A DNA stretch of 64,000 nucleotides from Macrostomum lignano. Its lineage: Eukaryota. The translations under genes were made by a program, and so were the position numbers. The notes beneath the pieces are model-generated. The model was given only the letters and a program-made list of their open reading frames with translations, did no database searches and was not told where the DNA came from. The stretch covers positions 186,001 to 250,000 of the forward strand of contig NIVC01001100.1 of assembly GCA_002269645.1 (NCBI GenBank), in the 5' to 3' direction. Position 1 is the first letter of the stretch, and every line of letters starts with the position of its first letter. Shown one piece after another: positions 50,085 to 62,263 of this stretch.

Positions 50085-51200
50085 TGATGGCAGTTTGTAG
50101 ACAGTAGATTTTGATGATGGCAGATTTTAGACGGTAGATTTTGATGATGGCAGATTTTAGACAGTAGATTTTGTTGATGGCAGATTTTAGACGGTAGATT
50201 TTGTTGATGGCAGATTTTAGACGGTAGATTTTGATGGCAGATTTTAGACGGTAGATTTTGTTGATGGCAGATTTTAGACGGTAGATTTTGATGATGGCAG
50301 ATTTTAGACGGTAGATTTTGATGATGGCAGATTTTAGACGGTAGATTTTGATGATGGCAGATTTTAGACAGTAGATTTTGATGATGGCAGATTTTAGACG
50401 GTAGATTTTGATGATGGCAGATTTTAGACGGTAGATTTTGATGATGGCAGATTTTAGACGGTAGATTTTGATGATGGCAGATTTTAGACGGTAGATTTTG
50501 ATGATGGCAGATTTTAGACGGTAGATTTTGATGATGGCAGATTTTAGACGGTAGATTTTGATGATGGCAGATTTTAGACGGTAGATTTTGTTGATGGCAG
50601 ATTTTAGACAGTAGATTTTGATGATGGCAGATTTTAGACGGTAGATTTTGATGATGGCAGATTTTAGACGGTAGATTTTGATGATGGCAGATTTTAGACG
50701 GTAGATTTTGATGATGGCAGATTTTAGACGGTAGATTTTGATGATGGCAGATTTTAGACGGTAGATTTTGATGATGGCAGATTTTAGACGGTAGATTTTG
50801 ATGATGGCAGATTTTAGACGGTAGATTTTGATGATGGCAGATTTTAGACGGTAGATTTTGATGATGGCAGATTTTAGACAGTAGATTTTGTTGATGGCAG
50901 ATTTTAGACAGTAGATTTTGATGATGGCAGATTTTAGACGGTAGATTTTGATGATGGCAGATTTTAGACAGTAGATTTTGACGATGGCAGATTTTAGACG
51001 GTAGATTTTGATGATGGCAGATTTTAGACAGTAGATTTCGATGATGGCAGATTTTAGACGGTAGATTTTGATGATGAAAGATTTTAGACGGTAGATTTTG
51101 ATGATGGCAGATTTTAGACAGTAGATTTTGATGATGGCAGATTTTAGACGGTAGATTTCGATGATGGCAGATTTTAGACAGTAGATTTTGATGATGAAAG
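50085..51200. repeat. 30-bp minisatellite (GTAGATTTTGATGATGGCAGATTTTAGACG)n, about 37 copies
   Basis: Direct tandem array; source of the HHQNLPSKIC ORF. Confidence 0.97.
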
Positions 51201-51629
51201 ATACTCATAACAAATTTAGATGGCCCAATCGAGGTCAGACTTAATAGCAAAATGAATGGCCCTGACGACAGAAAGCAAGTCGCAAAATTGACAGAAACAA
51301 GAAAAAAATCCGGTGAGTCATGGAGACCCAGACCAACAAGCAACACAAGAACAATGCCAAGAACTCAGGGGGGAATCCGATGAATGAAAAATAAATGTTC
51401 GAATTCATGTTTAAACAAAACTGATACAAATTGCGCCTGCAGATTAAAAAACAAGCCCATTTTATGCGAAACCTGTAGACAGAAGACAGGTGTGAGCATA
51501 AATTTTTGAGCACTGTTGACCAAGCCTTGACATTAGGAAGGATTAGCAAAGAATCCCGAGGATTAGGGATAATTTATGGGTAATTCATTTAATTAAAAGG
51601 ATTAGCGAATAGTCCAGGAGATTAGCAAG

Positions 51630-51992
51630 GATTAGCGGTTAATCCTGGAGATTAGGGAGGATTACCGGTTAATCCTGGGGATTAGGGAGGACTAGCGGTT
51701 AATCCTGAGGATTGGGGAGGACTAGCGGTTAATCCTGAGGATTAGGGAGGACTAGCGGTTAATTCGGGAGATTAGGAAGGTTTCGTGCGTAGTCCTGGAC
51801 ATAAGGAGGGATTAGCGGTTAATCCTGGGGATTAGGGAGGATTAGCGGTTAATCCTGGGGATTAGGGAGGATTAGCGGTTAATCCTGGGGATTAGGGAGG
51901 ATTAGCGGTTAATCCTGGGGATTAAGGATTAGTGATTAGTCCTGGGGATTAGGGAGGATTAGCGGTTAATCCTGGAGACTAGGGAGGATTAG
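51630..51992. repeat. 30-bp minisatellite (GATTAGGGAGGATTAGCGGTTAATCCTGGG)n
   Basis: Direct tandem array with TTAGGG and an internal AGGATTA/TAATCCT inverted repeat. Confidence 0.93.
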
Positions 51993-52109
51993 CAAATAAA
52001 CCTGGTTTTCAAGGTGGACTAGCAACTCAGCAAAGAGATCTGAGAATGCTAAGAGAATGATAAAAATGGCCAGACGAGGCCAGACGAGCATGGCCAGACG
52101 AGGCGAACA

Positions 52110-52626
52110 TCAAAGAAACACGTATTCGTCAGTAGACAGAGTGGCGTAGCCATCGCTGTGAAAGCTGATCTGGTGCACCCGCAGCAGGGACTCCTCCAGC
52201 TCAGTGTAGGACTCGTGCTCCCGCTGGCTGGCGTCTGTACCGATGGAGAAAAGCGGCAGGGCGGTGGCCGCTGCCGAGTAGGATCCACTGGCGCTGGCCG
52301 CCGCTGCTCGATCCTGCGGGCTGGCCGCGCAGACGTCAACGCGCCGAAGGAAGCTGTCGGCTTCGGGCCAGGAGCGCAGCAGGAAGCCCAGGGCGCAGCT
52401 GGGGTCCAGCTCGGGCAGGCGCACCAGCCTTGGTCGGGCTCGGTAGTGCAGGCCGGGGCCCGCGCTGGCCGGCTCGCACACGTGCGGGTCCAGGTATAGC
52501 AGCCGGTCGCCTTGGTAACCGAATATGTAAACAGAGTGGCGGGGCCGGCCGCCCAGCATGCCGACGCAGGCCTCGTCGCCTAGGAGAACCTGGCCGTTAA
52601 AAGAATGGAATGTTGAGAGAAGCGGC

Positions 52627-52659
<33 letters not shown>

Positions 52660-52670
52660 GCCTGCCTGCC

Positions 52671-52719
<49 letters not shown>

Positions 52720-52778
52720 GTCTGTCTGTCTGTCTCTCTGCCTGCCTGCCTGTCTGTCTGTCTCTCTGCCTGCCTGCC

Positions 52779-52811
<33 letters not shown>

Positions 52812-52818
52812 GCCTGCC

Positions 52819-52855
<37 letters not shown>

Positions 52856-52862
52856 GCCTGCC

Positions 52863-52899
<37 letters not shown>

Positions 52900-55637
52900 G
52901 CCTGCCTGCCTGTCTTTCTGTCTGCCTGTCTGTCTGTCTGTCTGTCTGTCTATCTGCCTGTCTGTCTGCCTGTCTGTCTGTCTGTCTGTCTGCCTCTGCC
53001 TGTCTGTCCGTCTGCCTCTGTCTATCTGTCTGTCTGTCTCTCTGTCTGTCTCTGTTTGTCTGTCTGACTGACTGTCTGTGCCTGCCTGTCTGCCTCTGTC
53101 TGTCTGTCTGTCTGTCTCTGTTTGTCTGTCTGTCTGTCTGTATGTCTGACTGACTGTCTGTGCCTGCCTGTCTGCCTCTGTCTATCTGTATCTAAGCCCC
53201 ATGTCAGTCGGGCCGCCTCCTCACCTGCAGCGCGGCCAGGTACATGGGGTTGGCCTGGCGGGCCCCGCCCAGCCAGAGCGGCAGCAGCAGCAGCACGGCC
53301 CGATTGTCACGGAACGCGTTGGGTCGCAGCATCTCGGCCAGCTGGTCCCGGTTGATGCAGGACTGCCGGGCCACCAGCACGCTCAGCGTGGCCAGCATCG
53401 GCTCGTAGGACGCCTCCTTGATGCAGAGGGTGTTGCATCGGTTTCTTTCATTTCGACTCGAATGCTGATACCCTCCTCAATACTGCGTCTGCAAACCTGA
53501 ATCTAGTCTAGCCTCTCTATTGGTTTAAGTCCCCGAATGGATATAAAAAATTCTCGCTTTGTGGCATTAGACTTTCAGTATTAGGGATCAGAATCCCATG
53601 AAAGGGAACCAGAATCTTATGTAAGGGATCAGAATCCCATATAAGGGGATCAAATCAAAATCCCATGAAAGGGGATTAGAATCCCAAGAATCAGAATCCC
53701 ATGAAAGGGGATTAGAATCCCAAGAATCAGAATCCCATGAAAGGGGATCAGAATCCCATGAAAGGGGATCAGAATCCCAGCAGGGGTGATCAGAGTCCCA
53801 TCATAGGGAATCAGAATCCCATCAAAGGGGATCAGAATCCCATCAAAGGGGATCAGAATCTCATCAAAGGGGATCAGAATCTTATCAAAGGGGATTAGAA
53901 TCCCATCAAAGGGGATCAGAATCCCATCAAAAGGATCAGAATCCCATGAAAGGGGATCAGAATCTCATGAAAGGGGATCAGAATCTCATCAAAGGGATCA
54001 GAATCCCATCAAAGGGGATCAGAATCCCTTGAAAGGGATCAGAATCCCATGAAAGGGATCAGAATCCCATGAAAGGGATCAGAATCCCATGAAAGGGGAT
54101 CAGAATCCCATCCTAGGTAATCAGTAATTCGAGTCGCACCTGCACAGCCTGTCGAACAGCCTCGGCAGCGGTGGCGGGCCCGATGAACCGGCCGGGGGGA
54201 GCACCGCTAGCGCACTGGAGCAGCCGACGCAGCGACAACTGGCCGGTGCTTTCGTTGAACAGATTCAACAGCTGGCCAACCAGCTGCTGACCGGCAGGCT
54301 GCTGCCTCTGCCGCTGCTCCTGCTGCACTCGCCAGCCTCTGCCGAGATGAAGCATCTGCAGCGCGTTGCCAAGCAGCATCTGAGCGCAACGGTACATGCA
54401 GCCCCAGCCGGCGTCTGTGCTGAACTGCCGGCGGCCGATGACTTCTCTGGCGCCACTGCCGCTCTTGGCCATGTTCGACTGCTGGGGCGACAGCACGATT
54501 GGCTCGAAATTCTTCCTGTGATGTTAATATGCGCAGTTATATAATACTTGAAGTTGTATATTACTGACAGTAGAGCAAGAGAATTTTCAAGATAAAAATT
54601 CACAACACGATTCTTAAACTTTTTAAACAGGGCGATTATCTCTCAGGGCGATTCTTAAAAACTCTTAGGGCGATTCTCAAGAACCCTTAGGGCGATTCCT
54701 AAACTCTCAGGGCGATTCTAAAAACTCTCATCAGGGGATTCCTAAACTCTCAGGGCGATTCTAAAAACTCTCATCAGGGGATTCCTAAAATGTCTCAGGG
54801 CGATTCTAAAAACTCTCATCAGGGGATTCCTAAAATGTCTCAGGGCGATTCTTAAAATATTTCAGGGCGATTCCTGAAAACTCTCGGGGCGATTCTGAAA
54901 AACTCTCAGGGCGATTCTGAAAAACTCTCAGGGCGATTCTGAAAAACTCTCAGGGCGATTCTGAAAAACTCTCAGGGCGATGCTTAAAAACTCTTTTGGC
55001 GATTTCTTTAAACTATTAAAAAGATTGTTTTAAACCTTCAGAAAATACAGAAATATTTTCAGGGGATGTGTGATGCACGGGAGCGAAGCATTTTAAAAAA
55101 CCTGCGATTCCGAAGGGGGGATTCTCACCTGTAGCAGGCAAAAAACCGCGAGCCCATATCGGAGGCGAGCTGCTTGGTCTGGTCTGGCTGGTTCGTATCA
55201 TAGAAAGCGCCCAGGCAGCAAACCGGCTGAGACTTGGACAATCTGAGACCTGTGCTCAAATTCAACGAGTACCGAAACGAGTTCCACAGGTCTGACACCG
55301 TGTCTTTGAGTTGTTGCTGCTGCTGTTGCTGCTGCTGTTGCTGACGCCGCGGCTGCTGCAACGACTCGGCGCACGAAGAGGAACGGCGCAACGACTGAAC
55401 TGGCGCGCTCGTAGGCGAAGAAGAGATGTTGAAGTTCGAAGCTGATGGGGCGGCATCCCAGCCTCCGCAATTGCTTCCACCTCTTTCGCCTTTGGAGTCG
55501 AACTCGTAAACGTCGTAGCCGTTGCGACTGCGATCGACCTGCACGAAGGTGCCGCCGTCCGGTAGGTGGCGCTGCTGCCGATACAGCTGCACTGAGGCTG
55601 CGGCCTCGCTAGGAGGCTCAAACCCGTTAAAGGTTGC
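52110..55637 (-). CDS. ATG4: Cysteine protease ATG4 (C/D-like), 4 coding exons, about 518 aa; start codon unresolved
   Basis: Exons 55129-55637, 54140-54515, 53225-53416 (acceptor uncertain), 52110-52589. Motifs: [24 protein letters not shown] (catalytic Cys), GGRPRHS, YLDPH (catalytic Asp/His), [10 protein letters not shown]-terminal LIR-like DEYVFL. Confidence 0.92.
52627..53190. repeat. (TGTC)n / (TGCC)n microsatellite
   Basis: Imperfect tetranucleotide run in ATG4 intron 3. Confidence 0.97.
53585..54110. repeat. 20-21-bp minisatellite (GGGATCAGAATCCCATGAAAG)n
   Basis: Direct tandem array; each unit contains a GGGAT/ATCCC inverted repeat. Confidence 0.95.
54625..55005. repeat. About 22-bp minisatellite (CAGGGCGATTCTGAAAAACTCT)n
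   Basis: Direct tandem array. Confidence 0.93.
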
Positions 55638-55667
55638 CTGGAGAATACAATTGGGATGGGATGTAAA

Positions 55668-55995
55668 TCACAGGTATGGGACTGGGATTCACAGGTATGG
55701 TACTGGGAATCACAGGTATGGGACTGGGATTCACAGGTATGGGACTGGGATTCACAGGTATGGGACTGGGATTCACAGGTATGGGACTGGGATTCACAGG
55801 TATGGGACTGGGAATCGCTTGTATGGGACTGGAAATCACCGGTATGGGACTGGGAATCACAGGTATGGGACTGGCAATCACAGGTACGGGACTGGGATTC
55901 ACAGGTATGGGACTGGGAATCACAGGTATGGGACTGGGAATTACAGTTATAGGACTGGGAATCATAGGTATAGGACCGAGATTCACAGGTATAGA
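55668..55995. repeat. 21-bp minisatellite (ACAGGTATGGGACTGGGATTC)n
   Basis: Direct tandem array between RPL9 and ATG4. Confidence 0.95.
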
Positions 55996-56169
55996 TGGGA
56001 CTTAGATTCGCTAATCTGGGACTCGAAGCTACTCGAAGATTAACGAGACAATATCCTTTTTAAACTTACGACCACAGATGCTAAACATGCTCATCATTAG
56101 TTCAAGCAAGGAGTTTACAAAGAAGCCAAAGCATAAGTCAAGAATTGCAATTTTTCTTAATCCAACGAT

Positions 56170-56175
56170 TTTATT
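56170..56175 (-). terminator. Putative polyadenylation signal of RPL9
   Basis: AATAAA on the minus strand about 100 nt after the RPL9 stop. Confidence 0.6.
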
Positions 56176-56276
56176 ATCGGCTAATCAGCAGGCTCGCTCT
56201 AATAGGCCAAGCTTAAATCCTTAGCAACCTGATGGGCACCAGTCAGTCCGGCAATCCGAAAATCGAGTCAATCAAT

Positions 56277-56849
56277 TCAATCGTCAGCCTCGGTCACGGT
56301 GGTCTTCTCGCTAACGTAGACGCCATCAAGGAATTTTCGGATGTCCTTGTTCTTCACGCAGCAGCACTGCTGGATCAGAGCGGCAGCGTGGCTGACGGCC
56401 TCGACATCGTTGCCTTCAAGCTGGATCTCGTCCTTGACGCCAGTCTGGGACACGGTGACACCGCGCAGCATGTTCACCGTCCGGTTGTTCTTCTCGCCGA
56501 GGAAGTTGCGAATCTCGATGGAGTCGCCGGCCTTGCTGATCACCATGTTGATGGGGAAGTGGGCGTACACGGACTTCATCTTGTAGCGGAAGCCGTAGGT
56601 GACGCCCTTGATCATGTTGCGCACGTGGGTGATGACGGTGCGCACCGCGGCCAGCTCCTTGTGCACGCCGAACCACTTCTCCACGGTCAGTGTGCGCCCG
56701 TTCGGAGACACTTTGATGTCGAGCGACAGGTGGCGGAAAGAGCGGGACAGAGCGCCTCGCTTGCCCTTGACGCGAACCAGGCGCGAGTTCGCGGTCACTG
56801 TGACACCCTCAGGGATCTTCAGGCTGAGCGAGGATTTGATCACCTTCAT
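56277..56849 (-). CDS. RPL9: 60S ribosomal protein L9 (uL6), single coding exon, 190 aa
   Basis: KWFGVHKELAAVRT, GFRYKMKSVYAHFPIN, IRNFLGEK, KNKDIRKFLDGVYVSEK; intact ORF with GC3 bias; CAG acceptor 5 nt before the ATG. Confidence 0.97.
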   Translation of the reverse strand: MKVIKSSLSLKIPEGVTVTANSRLVRVKGKRGALSRSFRHLSLDIKVSPNGRTLTVEKWFGVHKELAAVRTVITHVRNMIKGVTYGFRYKMKSVYAHFPINMVISKAGDSIEIRNFLGEKNNRTVNMLRGVTVSQTGVKDEIQLEGNDVEAVSHAAALIQQCCCVKNKDIRKFLDGVYVSEKTTVTEADD

Positions 56850-56904
56850 GATGACTGCATGGGATGTAGCATGAGGATGCTGAGTGAGGCTGTGTTATTC
56901 CTAC

Positions 56905-57243
56905 ACACAAGGAACAGACCTCAAAACTCGTGAATATTGGCCATAAAAATGGTCTCTTACACTAGGAACAGACATCAAAACTCGTGAATATTGGCCATAA
57001 AAATGGTCTCTTACACCAGGAACAGACCTCAAAACTCGTGAATATTGGCCATAAAAATGGTCTCTTACACTAGGAACAGACATCAAAACTCGTGAATATT
57101 GGCGATAAAGGTGGTCTCTTACACAAGGAACAGACCTCAAAACTCGTGAATATTGGCCATAAAGGTGGTCTCTTACACAAGGAACAGACCTCAAAACTCG
57201 TGAATATTGGCCATAAAGATGGTCTCTTACACAAGGAACAGAC
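56905..57243. repeat. 54-bp minisatellite, about 6 copies
   Basis: Units start at 56911, 56965, 57019 and onward. Confidence 0.95.
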
Positions 57244-58234
57244 CCTAATCCTTGACTAGGATTGATTATGAATATTAATCATAAATAATCACTATTTGAG
57301 CTAAGGCTAACACTATTTAGATAGTATTTAAATATATATTTTTAAATAGGCTATAAAAACATAAATGTTAATAAACCAAATTACAAACTAGGCTATCAAT
57401 ATTATAAAATCCGTATTACTAAATGGCCATTAACCAAACCAAACATATTCTCTTTGTTATAGTATATTTGTAACTAAAAGCAAAGCAACTTGTAATCAAA
57501 ATGACTATTTGCCCAGGTGAAATTCATCCCAAAAAATGACATGTTCTGCATAAAAAGTAAAAAATTAAAAGTGCATGTGAATAAAAAACATGAAAATAAA
57601 TTGGCACTAAAGGAGCTTTAGTAATTTAATATTAGTGCTAATATTACTATTGCTACATTTAATTCCAATAATATATCATGTACTTTTCTGGCAAAAATCC
57701 ACTATTCTGTGCACCTTTCTTGGTCAACATTTTTGTTTTACATGCTTGATTTATGAAATATATACTAGACTATTTGTCATTAAAATGTCTATTATCAAAA
57801 CAAAATGACTTCTTACTAAAACAACCAAAACCTATTTTGGGAATCCTGATTGCTAAGATAGAATCTTTGCGTGGTGATTTTACACACAACTTCTCTGGTA
57901 GCCAAAAAATGTTCTTGTGTGGCTGGTGTATCCACGAGACTATGGTCAACAATATGTATATAAGTATGCAAGTTTTTTTAGTATAAGACCAAGAAGGCCA
58001 CATACCAAGATGGCTACAGCATTGAATCTCTATTATATCTAGTCTGTCTCTACTATTTATTTGTAATATAATAGCTATTGTTGCAATAATTAGCCAATTA
58101 TGTCTAATCAATTATATTTATAAAATATTAGTATAATATTAGATAATTAGATTAGAAAATAATTATCTATAATACAAAAACTTTAATGTTTTCAATGTTT
58201 GTCCCAATTTATTCCTTATCCTTACCTTAGGAAT

Positions 58235-60722
58235 ATAATACAAGTTTTTTTTTAATAAACTACATGTAGCATCTCTTTGCAATATACCTTAGCAGTCCCT
58301 TGTAAGTGTTGATATGTCAGCAATTCCCCCCCCCACAAGCCTTAACATATCAACTTCCCCCTTGACATCTTAGCAATGCCTCCCATAAACCTTGAAATCT
58401 GAAAAATCCCCTGTCAACCTTGAAACCCCTTAAACCCAAAACCCAAACCTGACCTAAACCTAACTTTAATCCAACTCTAAAGCCTTAAAATTTCAGCAAT
58501 TCTTCTCCCTAAGCCTTGACATTTTAGTGATTCCTCCCTAAGAATCACAGCACTATAACAATTCCTTCCAAGCCTTGACATCATAGCAATTTGCAAATGA
58601 ATCTTTCAACATTGACATGTCACTTCTTTTATGTCTACGTAGTGCTCCTTTTCTTTTTTATATGACTCTTCTTCTATCAGCACCCACCATGTCGAGCCAA
58701 CAAAGAATGTAATACAAAATTTGAATACACTATATGTAGCTTCTGACTTTTGCTTTGACATCTCAGAAATCCTCCCGTAATCATTTACATCTCAGTTATT
58801 CTCCGTGAGCCTTGATATCTTAGTATTCTCCCAAGAGCCACAGTATAGTTTTATACAACACTTCATTCAATTTTGATATGACACTTCTTTTGATTTTTAC
58901 ATGATACTTCTTTCATGTTTGACATTATGCTTCTTTTATTATTCTATGATGTGTCACTGATTTTTTACATAATGCTTTTATGCTTTTTTATATGACGCTT
59001 TTATGATTATTTACATGACACTTCTATGATTTTTATATGATACTTCATTGATTTTTTACATAATGCTTTTATGCTTTTTATATGACACTTCTATGATAGT
59101 TTACATGATGCTCTTATAATTTTACATGATGCTTCTATGGTTGTTTATATGATGCTTCTATGATTTTTTACATGATGCTTCTATGATTGTTTACATAATG
59201 CTTCTATGATTCTTTATATGACACTTCCATGATTTTTTACATGATGCTTCCATGATTCTTTATATGATGCTTCCATGATTTTTTACATAATGCTTCTATG
59301 CTTTTTATATGATATTTCTATGATTGTTTACATGATACATCTATAATTTTATATGACACTTCTATGATTGTTTATGATGCTTCTATGATTCATTACATAA
59401 TGCTTCTATGATTCTTTATATGACACTTTCATGATTTTTAATGATGCTTCTATGATTTTTATATGATGTTTCTATGATTCTTTATATAATGCTTTTATGA
59501 TTGTTTACATGACACTTCTATTATTCTTTATATGATGTTTCTATAATTTTATATGACATTTCTATGATTTTTTACATGATGCCTTTAGTCCTTTATTTGT
59601 CCTTTATTAAAAGCTTTCAATAAAAAAATTTCACTACCAAGATTCAAAGCTAGGTTATTGTATTTGCAGTCCAGTCTGTTCACATCTAGGCTAAGGCTAG
59701 CTCTTATTGAATTTATAAATGAAATTGTAGCACTTATATAATTCAATACTCACTTACGAAGCAGTTATGACATAATCAATTTTTTAGGCAAGTCAATAAT
59801 AGTCTCAATTTAAGTTGACAATATGGTTACATAATCTAAATCAAGTCTAGTGTTATATGGTTTTTCACTACATATTTAACATTGACGCAATTCAATTCAG
59901 TGTCAAAATTCAGCTAATATACCATAGTCCAGAAGTTGGCCTTTACACTGGAATTTTCTAGCGTATTTTGCTCTCGCTGACAATCTTGGCGTATAAAATT
60001 TTCAGGTTCAATATGAAGTATACATATTAAGCATACAAAAAAAAACAAGTTCAAGGCTAATGTAACTATGTAGTTAAATATCAACCAACATTGAAGGCTC
60101 TTTAAAAATATTTGGAAACTAAAATAGAAAATATAAATGCAATCTCGAGAAAATCAAAATTAAAACAAAGAATATCAGTTTTTAGCAAAAACAGCTGTTT
60201 TAAAGTTTAGTAAAGTTTTGAGTTCCTAAAAATATATATTTGTTAAAAATGGCGTATAAACAATTTTAGTCTTGGTGTAAAATTTTTATTTTATTTTACA
60301 TTGACATAGGCCTAAAATTAAAAAAAAACATGAATTTTCATTCTGGCATACGCCTACCATGATCTGGACTATGGCTAATATACAATCATATAGACAATAA
60401 ATAAAAAGCCTATTGTGATGCAATCTATTTCAGAATTAGAATTCAACCAGTCAGTTTTTTAGCATTCTTACAATGCATTTCAAATCAAAAGTACTGCTTG
60501 ACCTTTGCAAAAAAGCATGTTTATTGAATATTTAATCCCTTTAGCATTGAGCATTTATTAGCCAAGACATATGTATTGTCACGGGAAAATTTCTAATTAA
60601 ACAGTGCAAGTCTCATGAAAATTGGTTAAGCCATTTTTTCTCTAATCTATCATATAGATAGATACCTACCGACAAACCATTTTATATATATATGTATATA
60701 ATATATTTTTATATATATTGGA
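58235..60722 (-). mobile_element. Helitron C, CpG-decayed relative of A and B; 3' end not located
   Basis: Minus strand starts A|TCCAATATA at 60722; 59590-60660 matches 7580-8250; 58245-58830 matches 8700-9700; decayed satellite at 58960-59583. Confidence 0.75.
59922..60374. mobile_element. 453-bp MITE (TIR CCATAGTCCAGA) inserted in Helitron C
   Basis: 8-bp TSD CTAATATA at 59914-59921 and 60375-60382; absent at the homologous site in Helitron A (about 7940). Confidence 0.85.
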
Positions 60723-61561
60723 TTTTGGCGAAAACGCAATCAAAATCAGTGACAAATTGCTTGCTCTAGAGCGTTATGGACATTCATTCATTCAAGCATA
60801 CAAATATTAGAGATTTAGTATATTTAGATGGATTCTGGATCTGCAGAATAGCATAGGCCTAGCGATAGCAATACCCCAAATAAACATTGTAAAAAAGTAA
60901 TACTAATATGAGTAGGTTGAATTGCTGTTATTTACTTTCCTTGCTATTGCTAGGCCTTGAAATTCGGGCCTTGAAAATTGATTGATAGCTTATATATATA
61001 GAATAGGCCTAGCTAGAAACTATTCAGTGTTGCCCACTGGATTTAAAATCTTTAAAAATTGTGGGAAGATATTGGAAGATAAATAATTAAAATTAGCTAT
61101 GGATAATGGATAGGCCTATGGATAAGGATAGACTACTAGAGCAGATCTGGATCGCCAGACAATGCTTCAATAGACCAGGGCCAGGCTAGGGTAGGGTAAG
61201 TAAATCATTTTTATTTTATGGTGAAAAGTTGTATAATCTACAGATAAAACTAAAAGTGTCAATGAATAGGTCTGTGTAGTGTCACTCAATCTGGTTTATT
61301 TTAGATTTTCTCTTGGCTTAAATCAAATGCAAACCATGGTACCAAAAGTATTAAACTTATAGCGGCCGCTCGAGCGCGCTCTCTAGCTGTGTGGGGCGGA
61401 CTAAAACCAAACAAATAAAACTGGTAAAAAACTAAAAAGTAAGCTAAATTAAATAATAGACGTAAAAAATATTTATATATTTGTATTTACGTACGATCAG
61501 TTTGGTCAGGAAAAAGGGTCACGATATAGTAGCTTTTAATAACATTTGCTTTAATGTTTAA

Positions 61562-62263
61562 AGCAAGGACGACTTAAGTAGAAGGACGGGAAACCTCGTT
61601 TCTTAGAAAAGTTTTGAAGGCACTTTTTCCCGAAAAAATACACTACGGAGATAGGAAGTTTTCATTTTTTCAGCACAAAAATTGTTATTGCGTTTGATAG
61701 GAGGCAGAACCAGTGTTCATCTTTTGATATGTTGTGCCTTTTTTATTGCTCTATCGATATTTATAAAAGTTTTCGTTCAGAAAATTAGGATTCTATGTTA
61801 ATTTTTTATTCTACGTATATTTCCTGTATCTAAAAATCACAAAAATGCATGACACAGCTCCAATATTTGGTTTTATGAACCTATTTTATCATCTCTGTTA
61901 CAAATATTTGCTACACAGTCGGGTAAGAATGATAAAAAAGACTCATGAAGCTAAAGAGCCGAGCCGTGGCATTCTAATGTATTTCAAGCACAAGACGCGC
62001 GAGAATATACGTAGAATAAAAAATTAACATAGAATCCTAATTTTCTGAACGAAAAGCTTTATAAATATCGATAGAGCAATAAAAAAGGCACAACATATCA
62101 AAAGATGAACACTGGATCTGCCTCCTATCAAACGCAATAACAATTTTTGTGCTGAAAAAATGAAAACTTCCTATCTCCGTAGTGTATTTTTTCGGGAAAA
62201 AGTGCCTTCAAAACTTTTCTAAGAAACGAGGTTTCCCGTCCTTCTACTTAAGTCGTCCTTGGT
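61562..62263. mobile_element. 702-bp foldback MITE, Kolobok-like (TTAA TSD, AG terminus), 260-bp TIRs
   Basis: TTAA|AGCAAGGACG...CGTCCTTGGT|TTAA; arms 61562-61821 and 62004-62263 nearly perfectly inverted. Confidence 0.85.

Noticed and set aside
56277-56849. RPL9 as a processed pseudogene
   Set aside because: Intact ORF, strong codon bias, upstream acceptor and downstream AATAAA; no poly-A tract or TSD seen.
56232-56933. 233-aa plus-strand ORF, and antisense ORFs over ARF (48411-48838)
   Set aside because: Antisense shadows of GC3-biased real genes.
57255-58230. ACTAG at 57255 as the 3' end of Helitron C; 77- and 113-aa ORFs
   Set aside because: Only an AT-rich hairpin and no homology to the A or B 3' ends; ORFs have AT-biased composition with no motifs.
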